A stretch of 64,000 nt of DNA, from UHGV virus genome UHGV-0076294; one strand, given 5' to 3'. Below the pieces are notes generated by a model. That model saw only the letters and a list, made by a program, of their open reading frames with translations. It was not told the origin of the DNA and did no database searches. This DNA comes from a virus. Positions 41,321 through 50,729 of this stretch are shown in pieces (position 1 is the stretch's first letter; each line of letters begins with the position of its first letter). A program made the translations under genes and the position numbers.

Positions 41321-42007
41321 ATGTTTCGTATCTTCTTTCTTTTACTGGTAACACTTTTCGCGTTTAACGCATACGCATCCAAATCCGCACCCAGTGCCAA
41401 ACACCATCGTGAATTCGAAATGATTCAAGACCGTTTCGAACGGGTAAAACCGTTGATTGTGGAAATCTCTCGAAAGCAGGGTGTTGATCCTAATTTAATG
41501 ACCACGCTAATCTATCGAGAGTCACGGTTTAATCCGAAGGCGTATAATCGAACGTCTAAAGCGCACAGTCTGGTTCAGATGCTACCGAGCACAAAGCGCA
41601 ATTTGCTAAAACTCTACGGTGCCGAAATCGGACTTAGTCGCAATGCGGATTTGTACAATCCTCGTAATGCGGTGCTATTGGCTTCCGTCTACGTTAAACA
41701 TTTAGAAAAGGGGTTAACTAAACGACTCAAACGCAAGCCCACTATTGCAGAAATAGCATTGGCTTATCACTGGGGTGAAAGCGGTGCACACGCCAGGATT
41801 AAAAGCAAGTCTCGGGCAGCACAACGAGAAATGGCGAGCTTTATGAAAGATGCAACGTTCTACAGTGCGAAAATCAACAAGCCTGTAGCATCTCGTCAGC
41901 TTGCGTTTGCGAAGAAACCAGAACGCCAGATTCAGTTAGCAGAAGTTAACCGAATTTGGGATACGATAAACACCAGTTTTCCATTTAAACAAGGAGTCAC
42001 CCTTTGA
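41321..42007 (+). CDS. Exported lytic transglycosylase (SLT domain)
   Basis: YRESRFNPKAYNRTSKAHSLVQMLPST (E-S..F.P.A.....A.GL.Q pattern). Leader MFRIFFLLLVTLFAFNAYA/SK. Start at ATG 41321 (GGAGA RBS). Confidence 0.75.
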   Translation: MFRIFFLLLVTLFAFNAYASKSAPSAKHHREFEMIQDRFERVKPLIVEISRKQGVDPNLMTTLIYRESRFNPKAYNRTSKAHSLVQMLPSTKRNLLKLYGAEIGLSRNADLYNPRNAVLLASVYVKHLEKGLTKRLKRKPTIAEIALAYHWGESGAHARIKSKSRAAQREMASFMKDATFYSAKINKPVASRQLAFAKKPERQIQLAEVNRIWDTINTSFPFKQGVTL

Positions 42008-42513
42008 GCATCGTTGTAACCGATTGGTATAAAGGTATCACTAAGGCTACCCAAATTACTGCCCAGGACGTGTACAGTATCGTTCGTAGCAGTAACGAAG
42101 ACCAGATAAAGTCCGACGAAGACTTTGCAACGCGTCATGAGTTTTACGATGCCCTTAAAACGGCTTTCGGTGACGACGAAGAAGAAGGTTTAGAGTTTGA
42201 CTGGAACGTCAACCTTGCCTTATTGTGGATTTGCGGATTGCGTCCGAGTGTGAGAGACACGGAGCAAGGAAAAGTTCTGTTGTGGCATCACACCGGTAAA
42301 TACAATCCGAACCAGGTCTTTAAAGAAGCGTATATGGAAGCCACTGTAGAGTTACAGAATCTGCTGTTGGGTGAGAACACCTACTGTCAACGCAGCTTCC
42401 TGACGATTCTGGAGAAACTGGCGTCTACACACAAAATCTGGCGTCAGGCAGATGCCCCTGAGCACATCTTCGTTCTGGAATTTGCTGTGATTCCAAACCA
42501 GCCGTTCTTTTAA
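42004..42513 (+). CDS. Hypothetical protein
   Basis: TTG start, AAGGAG RBS 7 nt upstream. Confidence 0.6.
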   Translation: MSIVVTDWYKGITKATQITAQDVYSIVRSSNEDQIKSDEDFATRHEFYDALKTAFGDDEEEGLEFDWNVNLALLWICGLRPSVRDTEQGKVLLWHHTGKYNPNQVFKEAYMEATVELQNLLLGENTYCQRSFLTILEKLASTHKIWRQADAPEHIFVLEFAVIPNQPFF

Positions 42514-42519
42514 TACTTG

Positions 42520-42555
42520 CCCCTAATCCAATCGGATTAGGGGTACTTTTATTTA
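42520..42555 (+). terminator. Rho-independent terminator
   Basis: CCCCTAATCC-AATC-GGATTAGGGG plus T-rich tail. Confidence 0.8.
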
Positions 42556-42576
42556 TTCCCCTAAAGGAGCAAAGGT

Positions 42577-43056
42577 ATGTTGAAGTTTATCTGGCGTTAC
42601 CCAACCCGCTTTTGGTTCGTGGTATTAGAGGTAATCACCGTTTTACTGTTAGTGACGTTCGTAAACGCCTCTACGAAACAAATGGTGATTTTCTGTGTAT
42701 TCGACGCTATACCGTTGTGGGTATTTGCAAAGATTATTAAGTTTTACATGATAAGCTGGGCGAACTACACCTGTCCATTTAAACCCAGAGAAATCATGAA
42801 CTGGTTGATGTATATCGAAGACCGTTTACCCGCTCAGTCTAAAACGTTAGGCTGGCAATCGATGTTGGATATTGCGCTAGAAACAAACGCAAAATTCCCT
42901 GGGTCAAAGAATCCTTATTTGCTGCTGGCTGTTATTGTTGCCCAGCAGAAACGTGCAGGCGAACGTTGGTTACCGAAAGAAGCGAAAGAGTATATTCGTA
43001 AACATCCGAAGGCTTTCTATTCCGTAGGTCAATGGCGTAACCTCCCACTCTTTTAA
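42577..43056 (+). CDS. Membrane protein
   Basis: Two N-terminal hydrophobic helices (FWFVVLEVITVLLLVTF, MVIFCVFDAIPLWVFA). AAAGGAG RBS. Confidence 0.7.
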   Translation: MLKFIWRYPTRFWFVVLEVITVLLLVTFVNASTKQMVIFCVFDAIPLWVFAKIIKFYMISWANYTCPFKPREIMNWLMYIEDRLPAQSKTLGWQSMLDIALETNAKFPGSKNPYLLLAVIVAQQKRAGERWLPKEAKEYIRKHPKAFYSVGQWRNLPLF

Positions 43057-43109
43057 CTTTTTTACAAAACCCTTAGTTGATTTGAATAAACCTAAAGAGG
43101 ACTATTAAA

Positions 43110-44045
43110 ATGACTTTTCCATCTGAAGTAATTTACGAACTGGCTAACACACTACGTCGTCACTATAGCGCCAAGATGATGCAAACCCATGTGGGTGCGA
43201 CCGCTGACTTTTTGCGCGGCCATTTCCTGGGCAATAACCCGCCATCTATTACACAGGAAACGGTTTTCTCTATCGATCGTGCCTCCTTAATTCTTCCAAT
43301 CGACCACGCCATTGCGGTTCAAGAAGGGAATACGTTCAACTTCTCTATGGGAATGCGACGTTCGTCTATCGCCGTTAACTCAAACATGGGAAATAACCCG
43401 TCTTTCGTACAGAACACGCACTCTGCAGAACACGGTAACTGGTTCGTTGTTGTAGAACAAGGCGTGAATCAGTATGACGTTGTTGCAGCTCGCGATGAAT
43501 CTTTCTTTGAGCTGGGACAGATTTCTCGCCGTCGTGAAATTGCGCTTGACCTACGTCAAGGTAATATCGGATTAAGTGGGACCAGTGTCTATTTCATCCT
43601 GAGCAGTTGGGCACATGTAAGTTATGTGCTGAAAAATGCCAGTCCGACGTTCCACGCAACGACGGTAGAATTTCGTGGCCTTGAGATAGAATATCGTGAC
43701 GAAGAAGAAACGGTACCTGGCACAGAGGTCGCCATTTGTGAAAACTACGATGATCTGAAATCTGTGCTTGTTAAGCGTGATGTTTTCGAATCGTTAAACT
43801 TGGATTTCCCCGGCGATGAAAATGAAATATCCGTAGCTGACCTGGTAGAAACATTGTGTCAGAAAGACCAAGCTAACGAAATTAGCGACGAAGAAGCAGA
43901 ACTCTTCCAAGTTCAACAACTCATCAGCAAGGTTATCGGCGGTCAGGAAATTGTTGACACCCTTATGGCTTTACCACCGAAGAAACGTACTCAAAAGTAC
44001 ATTCGTGAACTGGTTCTTGAAAACCTGGGTCAAGCCAAAAAGTAA
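43110..44045 (+). CDS. Hypothetical protein, paralog of 44107..44655
   Basis: Shared N-terminus (M)FPSE..L.LA..(L/I)RR and (G)(T/D)(S/T)VYFI..(S/T)W..V segment. Confidence 0.75.
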   Translation: MTFPSEVIYELANTLRRHYSAKMMQTHVGATADFLRGHFLGNNPPSITQETVFSIDRASLILPIDHAIAVQEGNTFNFSMGMRRSSIAVNSNMGNNPSFVQNTHSAEHGNWFVVVEQGVNQYDVVAARDESFFELGQISRRREIALDLRQGNIGLSGTSVYFILSSWAHVSYVLKNASPTFHATTVEFRGLEIEYRDEEETVPGTEVAICENYDDLKSVLVKRDVFESLNLDFPGDENEISVADLVETLCQKDQANEISDEEAELFQVQQLISKVIGGQEIVDTLMALPPKKRTQKYIRELVLENLGQAKK

Positions 44046-44053
44046 TTTAAATC

Positions 44054-44087
44054 CCCTACTCCCGGAGGAGTAGGGTTAATTCTTTTT
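44054..44087 (+). terminator. Rho-independent terminator (CCCTACTCC stem family)
   Basis: CCCTACTCC-CGGA-GGAGTAGGG plus TTAATTCTTTTT. Confidence 0.8.
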
Positions 44088-44106
44088 CCATCTTAGGAGT
44101 ATTAAA

Positions 44107-44655
44107 ATGTTTCCATCATCTGAATATTTAACCCACCTGGCTTACGGTATTCGTCGAGGTTCTGTTTTCCGTACACGTTTAAAGGACGTAAATTTCCTGG
44201 CTAATTTCTTATTTAACCATTTGGGAGATGGAACTAACGTTTACAAAAAGATCACCACAACACAACTTTATTCCCTTATAGCGGCGTCTGAAATTGTACC
44301 TACAGATATTTGGCGATTCAAGCGTTATAACGGAGATATTACGATCAGTTTTCTTGATCATTCTCCTATTACCGTTGAAATCGTCGAACGCGTTGATATT
44401 AATAGTGAAGTGTCTGGTTGGAAGATTCTGTTTGATTGTGGCAATCGTTATGCGGTACTTGGCTCCTCTGATGAACGTGACTTCCCATTCGACAAACCCT
44501 ACTACTACCTCAGCGAAGATGATTTCCCGGATAAAGAATCCAATATCTTTTTAAACGGGGATACCGTTTACTTCATTTTTCGTACTTGGAACGATGTTGC
44601 TGCTATGATTGCTCAAGGTGTCATCGATTACCGTAAACTAGAAGTCGACATTTAA
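44107..44655 (+). CDS. Hypothetical protein, paralog of 43110..44045
   Basis: See 43110..44045. AGGAG RBS. Confidence 0.75.
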   Translation: MFPSSEYLTHLAYGIRRGSVFRTRLKDVNFLANFLFNHLGDGTNVYKKITTTQLYSLIAASEIVPTDIWRFKRYNGDITISFLDHSPITVEIVERVDINSEVSGWKILFDCGNRYAVLGSSDERDFPFDKPYYYLSEDDFPDKESNIFLNGDTVYFIFRTWNDVAAMIAQGVIDYRKLEVDI

Positions 44656-44664
44656 AATAAAAGC

Positions 44665-44700
44665 TACCCTACTCCTTTTCGGGAGTAGGGTAATTTCTTT
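44665..44700. terminator. Bidirectional terminator (CCCTACTCC stem family)
   Basis: TACCCTACTCC-TTTTCG-GGAGTAGGGTA between convergent genes. Confidence 0.8.
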
Positions 44701-45323
44701 TAGTTAACTAACCCGTTAGCTTTAAGAATCTCTAACATCTGGTTGTTTAACTCTTTTAATTTTTTGTTTTCGTTTGTCAACGAAGTAACTTGTTCTGACA
44801 ACGGAATAGCCTCTCGAATTTTCCTTTTCCGAGCCGCTTCCATTTGCAGGTGTTGCTCCTCCGTCACTTTCCCTTCATACTCCATGGTCGTGATTTCGAC
44901 TTTCGGGTCGATACCCAACGTACGGGTAAGAATATCCGAAACGTCTTTAGTCATCACCGACACATCTACATAATCCGGTACAAACGATAAGTCCACCACC
45001 ATCACATTACGCTGGTACGCGATTCCCGATAAACCGGGGCACGATTCTACGTAAGTGTCGGGGATATAAACGACTTGACCATCGCGTGATTTAAACGTAA
45101 GTATTGACGCGTTAACAGTGGCATCAGCAAGATATTCTTCTCGCTCCAACCCAACGGGCTTGTAATACTCGTTGTAAACATCAATATTCTGACGTACTAA
45201 ATCTGGGAAGGTACGTGATGCCTCCACCGTGAAGATAACCGTTTCGGCTAACGTAAACGGTGTTTTTACCTTAAATAAACCCGTTGTGTTAACGGGAACC
45301 AAAAGAGGTAAACGCGTAGCCAT
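44700..45323 (-). CDS. Hypothetical protein with C-terminal coiled coil
   Basis: 207-aa ORF, GAGGAG RBS, coupled to the upstream gene. Confidence 0.7.
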   Translation of the reverse strand: MATRLPLLVPVNTTGLFKVKTPFTLAETVIFTVEASRTFPDLVRQNIDVYNEYYKPVGLEREEYLADATVNASILTFKSRDGQVVYIPDTYVESCPGLSGIAYQRNVMVVDLSFVPDYVDVSVMTKDVSDILTRTLGIDPKVEITTMEYEGKVTEEQHLQMEAARKRKIREAIPLSEQVTSLTNENKKLKELNNQMLEILKANGLVN

Positions 45324-45326
45324 TCA

Positions 45327-46700
45327 TTACTCCTCGTCGATTTCAGTGTACCATTTCGCTTTACGAGACAGTATGCGATATTCGACGTTATCGTATTCAA
45401 ACACCCAGAAGTAGTTATCGGGATCAGCTTCATCAACGAGTTTCACGACATCCAGACTGGTCTGGTACGGATGGTATTCTTCCGCTGCTATTAGTGCCTG
45501 GAAGAACAATGCTAACCACTCGGTGGTGGATTTTGACATTCGTGCAATGTCTGGGTTCGTTGTTGCAATCAGTGCGTAGTCTGGTAACGTCTCGTGTAAG
45601 GTATTCTTACGAGTGTCGTTCTCAGGGCCACTGATAACCACCATGTTCAGCGATTTATACACGGTAGGTAAATCGGTAACATCCGTTGTCGGTTTGCTTA
45701 CCGTATTACTATTTCTTTCTGCAACAGACTGATCAGACCATTCCCCAAACTTTGTAATGGCTTTGACCCAGAAATCATATGGAAGGATGGGGGAATAGAG
45801 AGCCGCCACGTCTTCCTCATTCGGTATACCACGGATTTTCCACCCCGGAACCATTGTGAATTTCGTAGTGGTAAAGATCTCAGGGAATACCTTCACCCCA
45901 ATCGGAACCGTAAAGCTGGAGTTTGCAAGAATATGTTCACGCAACGCTTGCTTTATTTTCGTTGGGTTTTTTCCTGCACGTCCGTAAATGATAACCGACA
46001 TTGGAACAACCAGTGTTGACTCGTAGTTTTCTTGGTCATGCCAGGTGTAGTAGTTAGTTTGGATGGCAGTATACGGGAACCCTGCCATTAACTCGTTGAT
46101 TTTCTTATGGTGTTCGGTAAGGTTAAACCCTTCCATCGCTTTTTCAACGACTGACTTTGTGGCCAAGAATGTGTCGATTGGCTCAATCGGCATCTGTACT
46201 TCGATTTCAAAACCCGTGTAGTCCTGGTCGAAGTCTTCATCCGAGAACCAAACTATGATTTGGTTATCTACATCAGTGTCATCTTGTACTTGATCTGCTG
46301 TTGCTTCATATTTCCAGCTCACCCAACGTGGGAACCAGTTACTGTTCGTCTGGATCATCGCACCGGACTGAACACCGGAAATGGTTGTTTGGAATTGACC
46401 TAATAATAGGCGCTGGAATTCAAGTTCGTCATTTCTCAGATTCCCCAAGATGGCTTGCTGGTAAATCCATTGAGAAACGGTTAGAATATGATCAGAAAAC
46501 TCGGCTGGAACAACAACCGTCTGTTTTTCTCGTTTAGACGTAAATGTCACCAACTGCACTTGCAGATTGGATTTAGTAAACGTCTGTTTACTCTTCGCGT
46601 ACGAGAGGGTCAGATCAGACAGCTCACCTACCGGAGCGGTGACGCCGTCCTGATTGTCAAACAGAGCCGGTATCTGAATAAAACCTTGTAAGTCTAACAT
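45327..46700 (-). CDS. Hypothetical protein (457 aa)
   Basis: Start set to ATG 46700 (MLDLQGF). The track start 46760 would overlap the divergent gene. Confidence 0.7.
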   Translation of the reverse strand: MLDLQGFIQIPALFDNQDGVTAPVGELSDLTLSYAKSKQTFTKSNLQVQLVTFTSKREKQTVVVPAEFSDHILTVSQWIYQQAILGNLRNDELEFQRLLLGQFQTTISGVQSGAMIQTNSNWFPRWVSWKYEATADQVQDDTDVDNQIIVWFSDEDFDQDYTGFEIEVQMPIEPIDTFLATKSVVEKAMEGFNLTEHHKKINELMAGFPYTAIQTNYYTWHDQENYESTLVVPMSVIIYGRAGKNPTKIKQALREHILANSSFTVPIGVKVFPEIFTTTKFTMVPGWKIRGIPNEEDVAALYSPILPYDFWVKAITKFGEWSDQSVAERNSNTVSKPTTDVTDLPTVYKSLNMVVISGPENDTRKNTLHETLPDYALIATTNPDIARMSKSTTEWLALFFQALIAAEEYHPYQTSLDVVKLVDEADPDNYFWVFEYDNVEYRILSRKAKWYTEIDEE

Positions 46701-46725
46701 AATTAAAAATACTCCGAGGTGAGCA

Positions 46726-47229
46726 ATGGGTTCATTTCTTAAAGTGCTTCCGTTCTTCATTCAGATGTTGATGGAAGCATTTAAACCAGGAGAAGGAGAG
46801 AACGTATCAAGAGCAAACAAGATAATGACTTTAATCATCACGGTCTTGTTATCCTACTCGGCTTTCGTCTCCTATGCGTACGTAGTGCAGTTTCACAAGC
46901 TCGTTACAGTACAATCGCATGATCAATACATGTCGCAATCTTACCAAGAGATGAAGCAAGATCGTGACAAACTGAAAGATGATAATGGTAGATTATACGA
47001 CAAGCTCTTTATTTGCCTCGGCCAGAAACCGCCATATGAAAGCGGGTACAGCTCGGTAAAAGAAGACGTCTCTGCCAAAGATTTAACACCTAAGAAACCA
47101 GAAACTCCTGTTAGCCCAGCTTCAACACCAGAACAACGCAAAGAAGCTTCGGCACGACCTGTTGGTAGTCAAGACGCTAACAGTTTCCGTCAGGAGATCA
47201 TAAAGACGTTATCGTCACCTAAGGAGTAA
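46726..47229 (+). CDS. Membrane-anchored coiled-coil protein
   Basis: TM IMTLIITVLLSYSAFVSYAYVV, then a coiled coil and a Pro-rich tail. GAGGTGA RBS. Confidence 0.7.
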   Translation: MGSFLKVLPFFIQMLMEAFKPGEGENVSRANKIMTLIITVLLSYSAFVSYAYVVQFHKLVTVQSHDQYMSQSYQEMKQDRDKLKDDNGRLYDKLFICLGQKPPYESGYSSVKEDVSAKDLTPKKPETPVSPASTPEQRKEASARPVGSQDANSFRQEIIKTLSSPKE

Positions 47230-47232
47230 CTG

Positions 47233-47688
47233 ATGAAATCGCTGTTATTCATCATGATTTTGTGCGTGGGTTTGGTGAGTAATAGCTATGGAGAACCCGG
47301 TAAACGGTCATCCTATACTGCGTTACAGCCTCCGCCAGCGCCACCTATCATGTTAAATTGGAAAATTGATAAAGACGCGATGCGGGAATATGTTGCGGAT
47401 GTGAATACATACGCTTATTACGTTTATCTCTACACACGAAACTTAAATCAGCAAGCAGTCAAACGCGGGTGGAATCCACCGATGTTAGCACCTATCTGCG
47501 AACGGTTTGAAATTCCTAAATTACATTCCGTTCCAGAAAAGATGCTATTAGACGAGAAAGCGTTAACGCCACAAGAAATCAGTCGGGATTTATCACGTAA
47601 ACTGAATTCGTTGTTGTGGAATTATCGCTCTGACCGGCAAGCTTTATTAGACGCCTACGATCAGTATCTGACAACGTGTTTGAACTGA
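47233..47688 (+). CDS. Exported protein
   Basis: Leader MKSLLFIMILCVGLVSNSYG/EP. AAGGAG RBS. Confidence 0.7.
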   Translation: MKSLLFIMILCVGLVSNSYGEPGKRSSYTALQPPPAPPIMLNWKIDKDAMREYVADVNTYAYYVYLYTRNLNQQAVKRGWNPPMLAPICERFEIPKLHSVPEKMLLDEKALTPQEISRDLSRKLNSLLWNYRSDRQALLDAYDQYLTTCLN

Positions 47689-47693
47689 CAACG

Positions 47694-47733
47694 CCTCCTG
47701 TATCCTTCGGGGTACAGGAGGTATTTTCTTTTT
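47694..47733 (+). terminator. Rho-independent terminator
   Basis: CCTCCTGTA ... TACAGGAGG stem plus TATTTTCTTTTT. Confidence 0.8.
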
Positions 47734-47775
47734 AACGTTTAACCCCCTTCTAATGTATAGAGAAAGGAGCTTAAC

Positions 47776-48510
47776 ATGACATACCCGAAAACGATTCAAC
47801 CCACCTTACCGACGCTGGTAATTGGTGCTGACGCAGAAACCAAATCACTGCGTCCTGATGCGTATTTGTTAACCACAGGCTTAGTTGCCTTTGACGTACC
47901 GACTTTAAAAATGGTAGGGTCGTCGTATATGCGTATTGATCCTAACGACCCTAAAGCAAAAGCTGTGTTCCACGAAGACCCGCAAACCGTGGGGTGGTGG
48001 GAAGGTAAAGGAGAACCTGAATACGCGCCGTCTCGTGAAGCCTACACGGAAGCATGGGGTGGTACAACTCCTATGCCGGAAGCGCTGTGGGCAATGCGGA
48101 AGTGGTTAGACGAAATCACCGGCAAACACAATTTCGTTATTACCATGCGTGGGCCAGATTTCGATTCTCCGATTTTCATGAACGCGTTCGCACAATGTGA
48201 CGTCCCTCCAGGTAAGTTCCGTAAGTTTAGTGCGTTAGACAGCGACCGCACCGCAGAGCGTTTAGCGCTGGCGTTTGGTTTTGAGCCTGACTTGACCGTT
48301 GAGCAAGTTTACTGGACGCGGGGTAAACCGGCATTTGAACACCATGCTTTGTGGGATGCCGCGAAAGAAGCGTACACCACCGCACGTATTTATCACCTTG
48401 CACTGATTACCCGCGAGTATGGGTACGAACGTGCTAAAACCTGTCACGAAGAACTGAAAACCGGTGAGTATATTCCACCACAGATTCGTGATCAGTTAAC
48501 CAGGGATTAA
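47776..48510 (+). CDS. DEDDh-type 3'-5' exonuclease (DnaQ-like fold)
   Basis: Exo I VIGADAET, Exo II GPDFDSPIF, Exo III HHALWDAAKEA (Hx4D). AAAGGAG RBS. Confidence 0.65.
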   Translation: MTYPKTIQPTLPTLVIGADAETKSLRPDAYLLTTGLVAFDVPTLKMVGSSYMRIDPNDPKAKAVFHEDPQTVGWWEGKGEPEYAPSREAYTEAWGGTTPMPEALWAMRKWLDEITGKHNFVITMRGPDFDSPIFMNAFAQCDVPPGKFRKFSALDSDRTAERLALAFGFEPDLTVEQVYWTRGKPAFEHHALWDAAKEAYTTARIYHLALITREYGYERAKTCHEELKTGEYIPPQIRDQLTRD

Positions 48511-48512
48511 GA

Positions 48513-50024
48513 ATGAAGAACGTTGATGTTGCTGTACTTTATACCGACGGTAGCCATTTAACCTCACCGATGGGAACAGGCGGTGGGATTCACGGCTACC
48601 TGTTTAACAAGGAAGAGATTGTTGACGGTGGCGTTTATCGCCACCCTACCATTCCCGAAGGGATTACGACCTCTGGTTATCGTCAGATTAACAAAGAGGA
48701 AAAACTTCCTGCGTTACCAGACTCTGTTGAGTTCGTAGACTGTGTTATTCCGGTACCGAAACACCACCACTCTGATGTTGCAGAGATTGTTGCTTTTTTA
48801 ACCGTTTTCGAAAAAGCACCGTTCGTTGCAAAAAACTACGTTATCTATATCGACGCGTCTTACGTTGTGAATACGTTTAACGATTGGATTGACGGTTGGG
48901 CTAAGCGGGACTGGCGACGGGCTGATGGAACCCCTATCGCGAACCTTGAACTGGTTCAACGGATGTGGGAAATTAAGAAACGTCTGAAGAGAGAAGGGAA
49001 AGGGATTCGTGTTCTTAAAATCAAAGGACACTCTGGTCACTACGGTAACGAACGGGCTGACGGGCTGGCACGAAAGGGATCATCCATCTCTGCGCACGGA
49101 GAAGGTTTAGATTATCAGGCGTACTGGTCAGCAGACGAAATCCCGGAAGAACAGCAGGAAGAAATCGTCAGTGAAGGCGTTAACGTTGCCGCGTTTCCTG
49201 ATATTTGCGTAACTAAGTTCTGTTACCCGATGGTAAATGAGCAACACCCTACGGTTAAAGTAAACGGTGAAAATCTCTATTACATGTTCGGGGGTAACCA
49301 CGCAAAACAGAAGGACGATATTGTCTTCGTCGGAAAATACATCCCTGATGCGCAGTTTTGTGTGATGTTTACACGTGAACCGTGGACGAACGTTTACGAT
49401 TTGGTTAACGCCCACGCTGCTAAAGCCTGGGAGGGCGTACCACGTTTGCGTCAGTTTGACCCTATCGCTGTTGTGTTCAACCTGTTCGTAAAACGTAAGA
49501 AGTTTGCGGAAGCAGCGGCTAACGGTATCCCGGTTGACAAAATGCACTTTAGCGAAGACAAAAACCTGTGGATGTACGAAGACTTGTCTATCAGTCGTAT
49601 TCTGCGTCCCGCGTTATTGTCATACCGCTGCGTAACCATTCGTGATGAACTGGCAGAGTGGCTGCGTGACTGTTTGGAAGGCAAATCGAACGTTGTCTTA
49701 AATGACATTACCGATTTGCTTTATGACGAAAAAGGTAAACCCACCAAAGACTTTTACCGAAACGTGGATAAAGGGTTTGACGTTTCCATTAAAATTCCTA
49801 ACGGGAAGGTTGACGTTAAAACTATTCTGACGCGTGCTATCGACATACCGACACGTACGGAAATCAACCGTATCAAAGAACCAAACGGGAGATTCTACAT
49901 TGCCGTACGACGTCCAGAACGTCAGTATATTGAATATGCGTTAGTGTATATCGGTGAGAAGTATCATGGTCTGTGGTGTGGTTATTATTCAAACAAACGA
50001 ATATTGACCGATAAGGAACTTTGA
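48513..50024 (+). CDS. RNase H domain fused to a ~320-aa unknown C-terminal domain
   Basis: LYTDGS, AEIVAF, IDASYV, GHSGHYGNERADGLARKG: full RNase HI catalytic pattern in the first ~185 aa. Confidence 0.75.
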   Translation: MKNVDVAVLYTDGSHLTSPMGTGGGIHGYLFNKEEIVDGGVYRHPTIPEGITTSGYRQINKEEKLPALPDSVEFVDCVIPVPKHHHSDVAEIVAFLTVFEKAPFVAKNYVIYIDASYVVNTFNDWIDGWAKRDWRRADGTPIANLELVQRMWEIKKRLKREGKGIRVLKIKGHSGHYGNERADGLARKGSSISAHGEGLDYQAYWSADEIPEEQQEEIVSEGVNVAAFPDICVTKFCYPMVNEQHPTVKVNGENLYYMFGGNHAKQKDDIVFVGKYIPDAQFCVMFTREPWTNVYDLVNAHAAKAWEGVPRLRQFDPIAVVFNLFVKRKKFAEAAANGIPVDKMHFSEDKNLWMYEDLSISRILRPALLSYRCVTIRDELAEWLRDCLEGKSNVVLNDITDLLYDEKGKPTKDFYRNVDKGFDVSIKIPNGKVDVKTILTRAIDIPTRTEINRIKEPNGRFYIAVRRPERQYIEYALVYIGEKYHGLWCGYYSNKRILTDKEL

Positions 50025-50692
50025 TGCTGATTGTTTTTAGTCAAGCGTTATCGATGGCACCGAGTTATATCCAGATACGCTTTTCAGCAATTGCGCGTCA
50101 GCAGTGGGGCTTTAAAGCCCCCTATTCTGACGACCACTATACACTCGGTGAAGTAGCACTTGAACTTGCTTTACGTTCATTGTGGGAAATCATTGCATTG
50201 TACAATGCAGGTTGTGATATACCGAAAGATTGTTTCCCACAGCGGGTGATTGCACAAGGCACTACGAACACTTACGGTAATCCGGCATTGGTGGAAGAGT
50301 GCTTAGGCTACGCTAACCAGTCTGGGGAACTGCAACATAACTTTAATCTGGTGATTAACAAAGTCTGGAGTGAGCTGGAAAGCTACCCTGAAAAGATTAT
50401 CTGGTTTGATCGTAACCAATTCGTTAAGGAGGTGGCCAGTAAACGACCCGTACGTTTAGTTGCCTTAAAGCCCACCGACCTTGATTTGAAACAAACCTAT
50501 CCCTTCCCAGAGGAAATTCGACTTTCTCCAGAAACCGTAGGTCACACTATTTTCAAACAAGGTGACGCCTGGATACTTCCTCACGATCTAGACCGTTTCC
50601 TGCTCAACTCCGATCAGATTCACTCCGGCTATGATTCTCTCGTAAAAGAGTTTCACATCGATCCCTATTTCGCTAAAAACTTTCTTAGATAG
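50021..50692 (+). CDS. Hypothetical protein
   Basis: 223-aa ORF, start overlaps the upstream stop (TGATG). Confidence 0.65.
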   Translation: MMLIVFSQALSMAPSYIQIRFSAIARQQWGFKAPYSDDHYTLGEVALELALRSLWEIIALYNAGCDIPKDCFPQRVIAQGTTNTYGNPALVEECLGYANQSGELQHNFNLVINKVWSELESYPEKIIWFDRNQFVKEVASKRPVRLVALKPTDLDLKQTYPFPEEIRLSPETVGHTIFKQGDAWILPHDLDRFLLNSDQIHSGYDSLVKEFHIDPYFAKNFLR

Positions 50693-50707
50693 ATATTATT
50701 CAGGTGT
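50689..50707 (+). promoter_or_regulatory. Candidate phage promoter motif (AGATATTATTCAGGTGTAG)
   Basis: AGATATTAT family member overlapping the upstream stop, 41 nt before the next start. Confidence 0.3.
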
Positions 50708-50729
50708 AGAACCCTCGGAGTTAATCACC

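Noticed and set aside
46726-47688. i-spanin/o-spanin pair (TM plus coiled-coil protein followed by an exported protein)
   Set aside because: The second protein has no lipobox (MILC is non-canonical and cleavage looks like SPase I at SYG/EP). At 151 aa it is much larger than typical o-spanins. The pair is also far from the endolysin.
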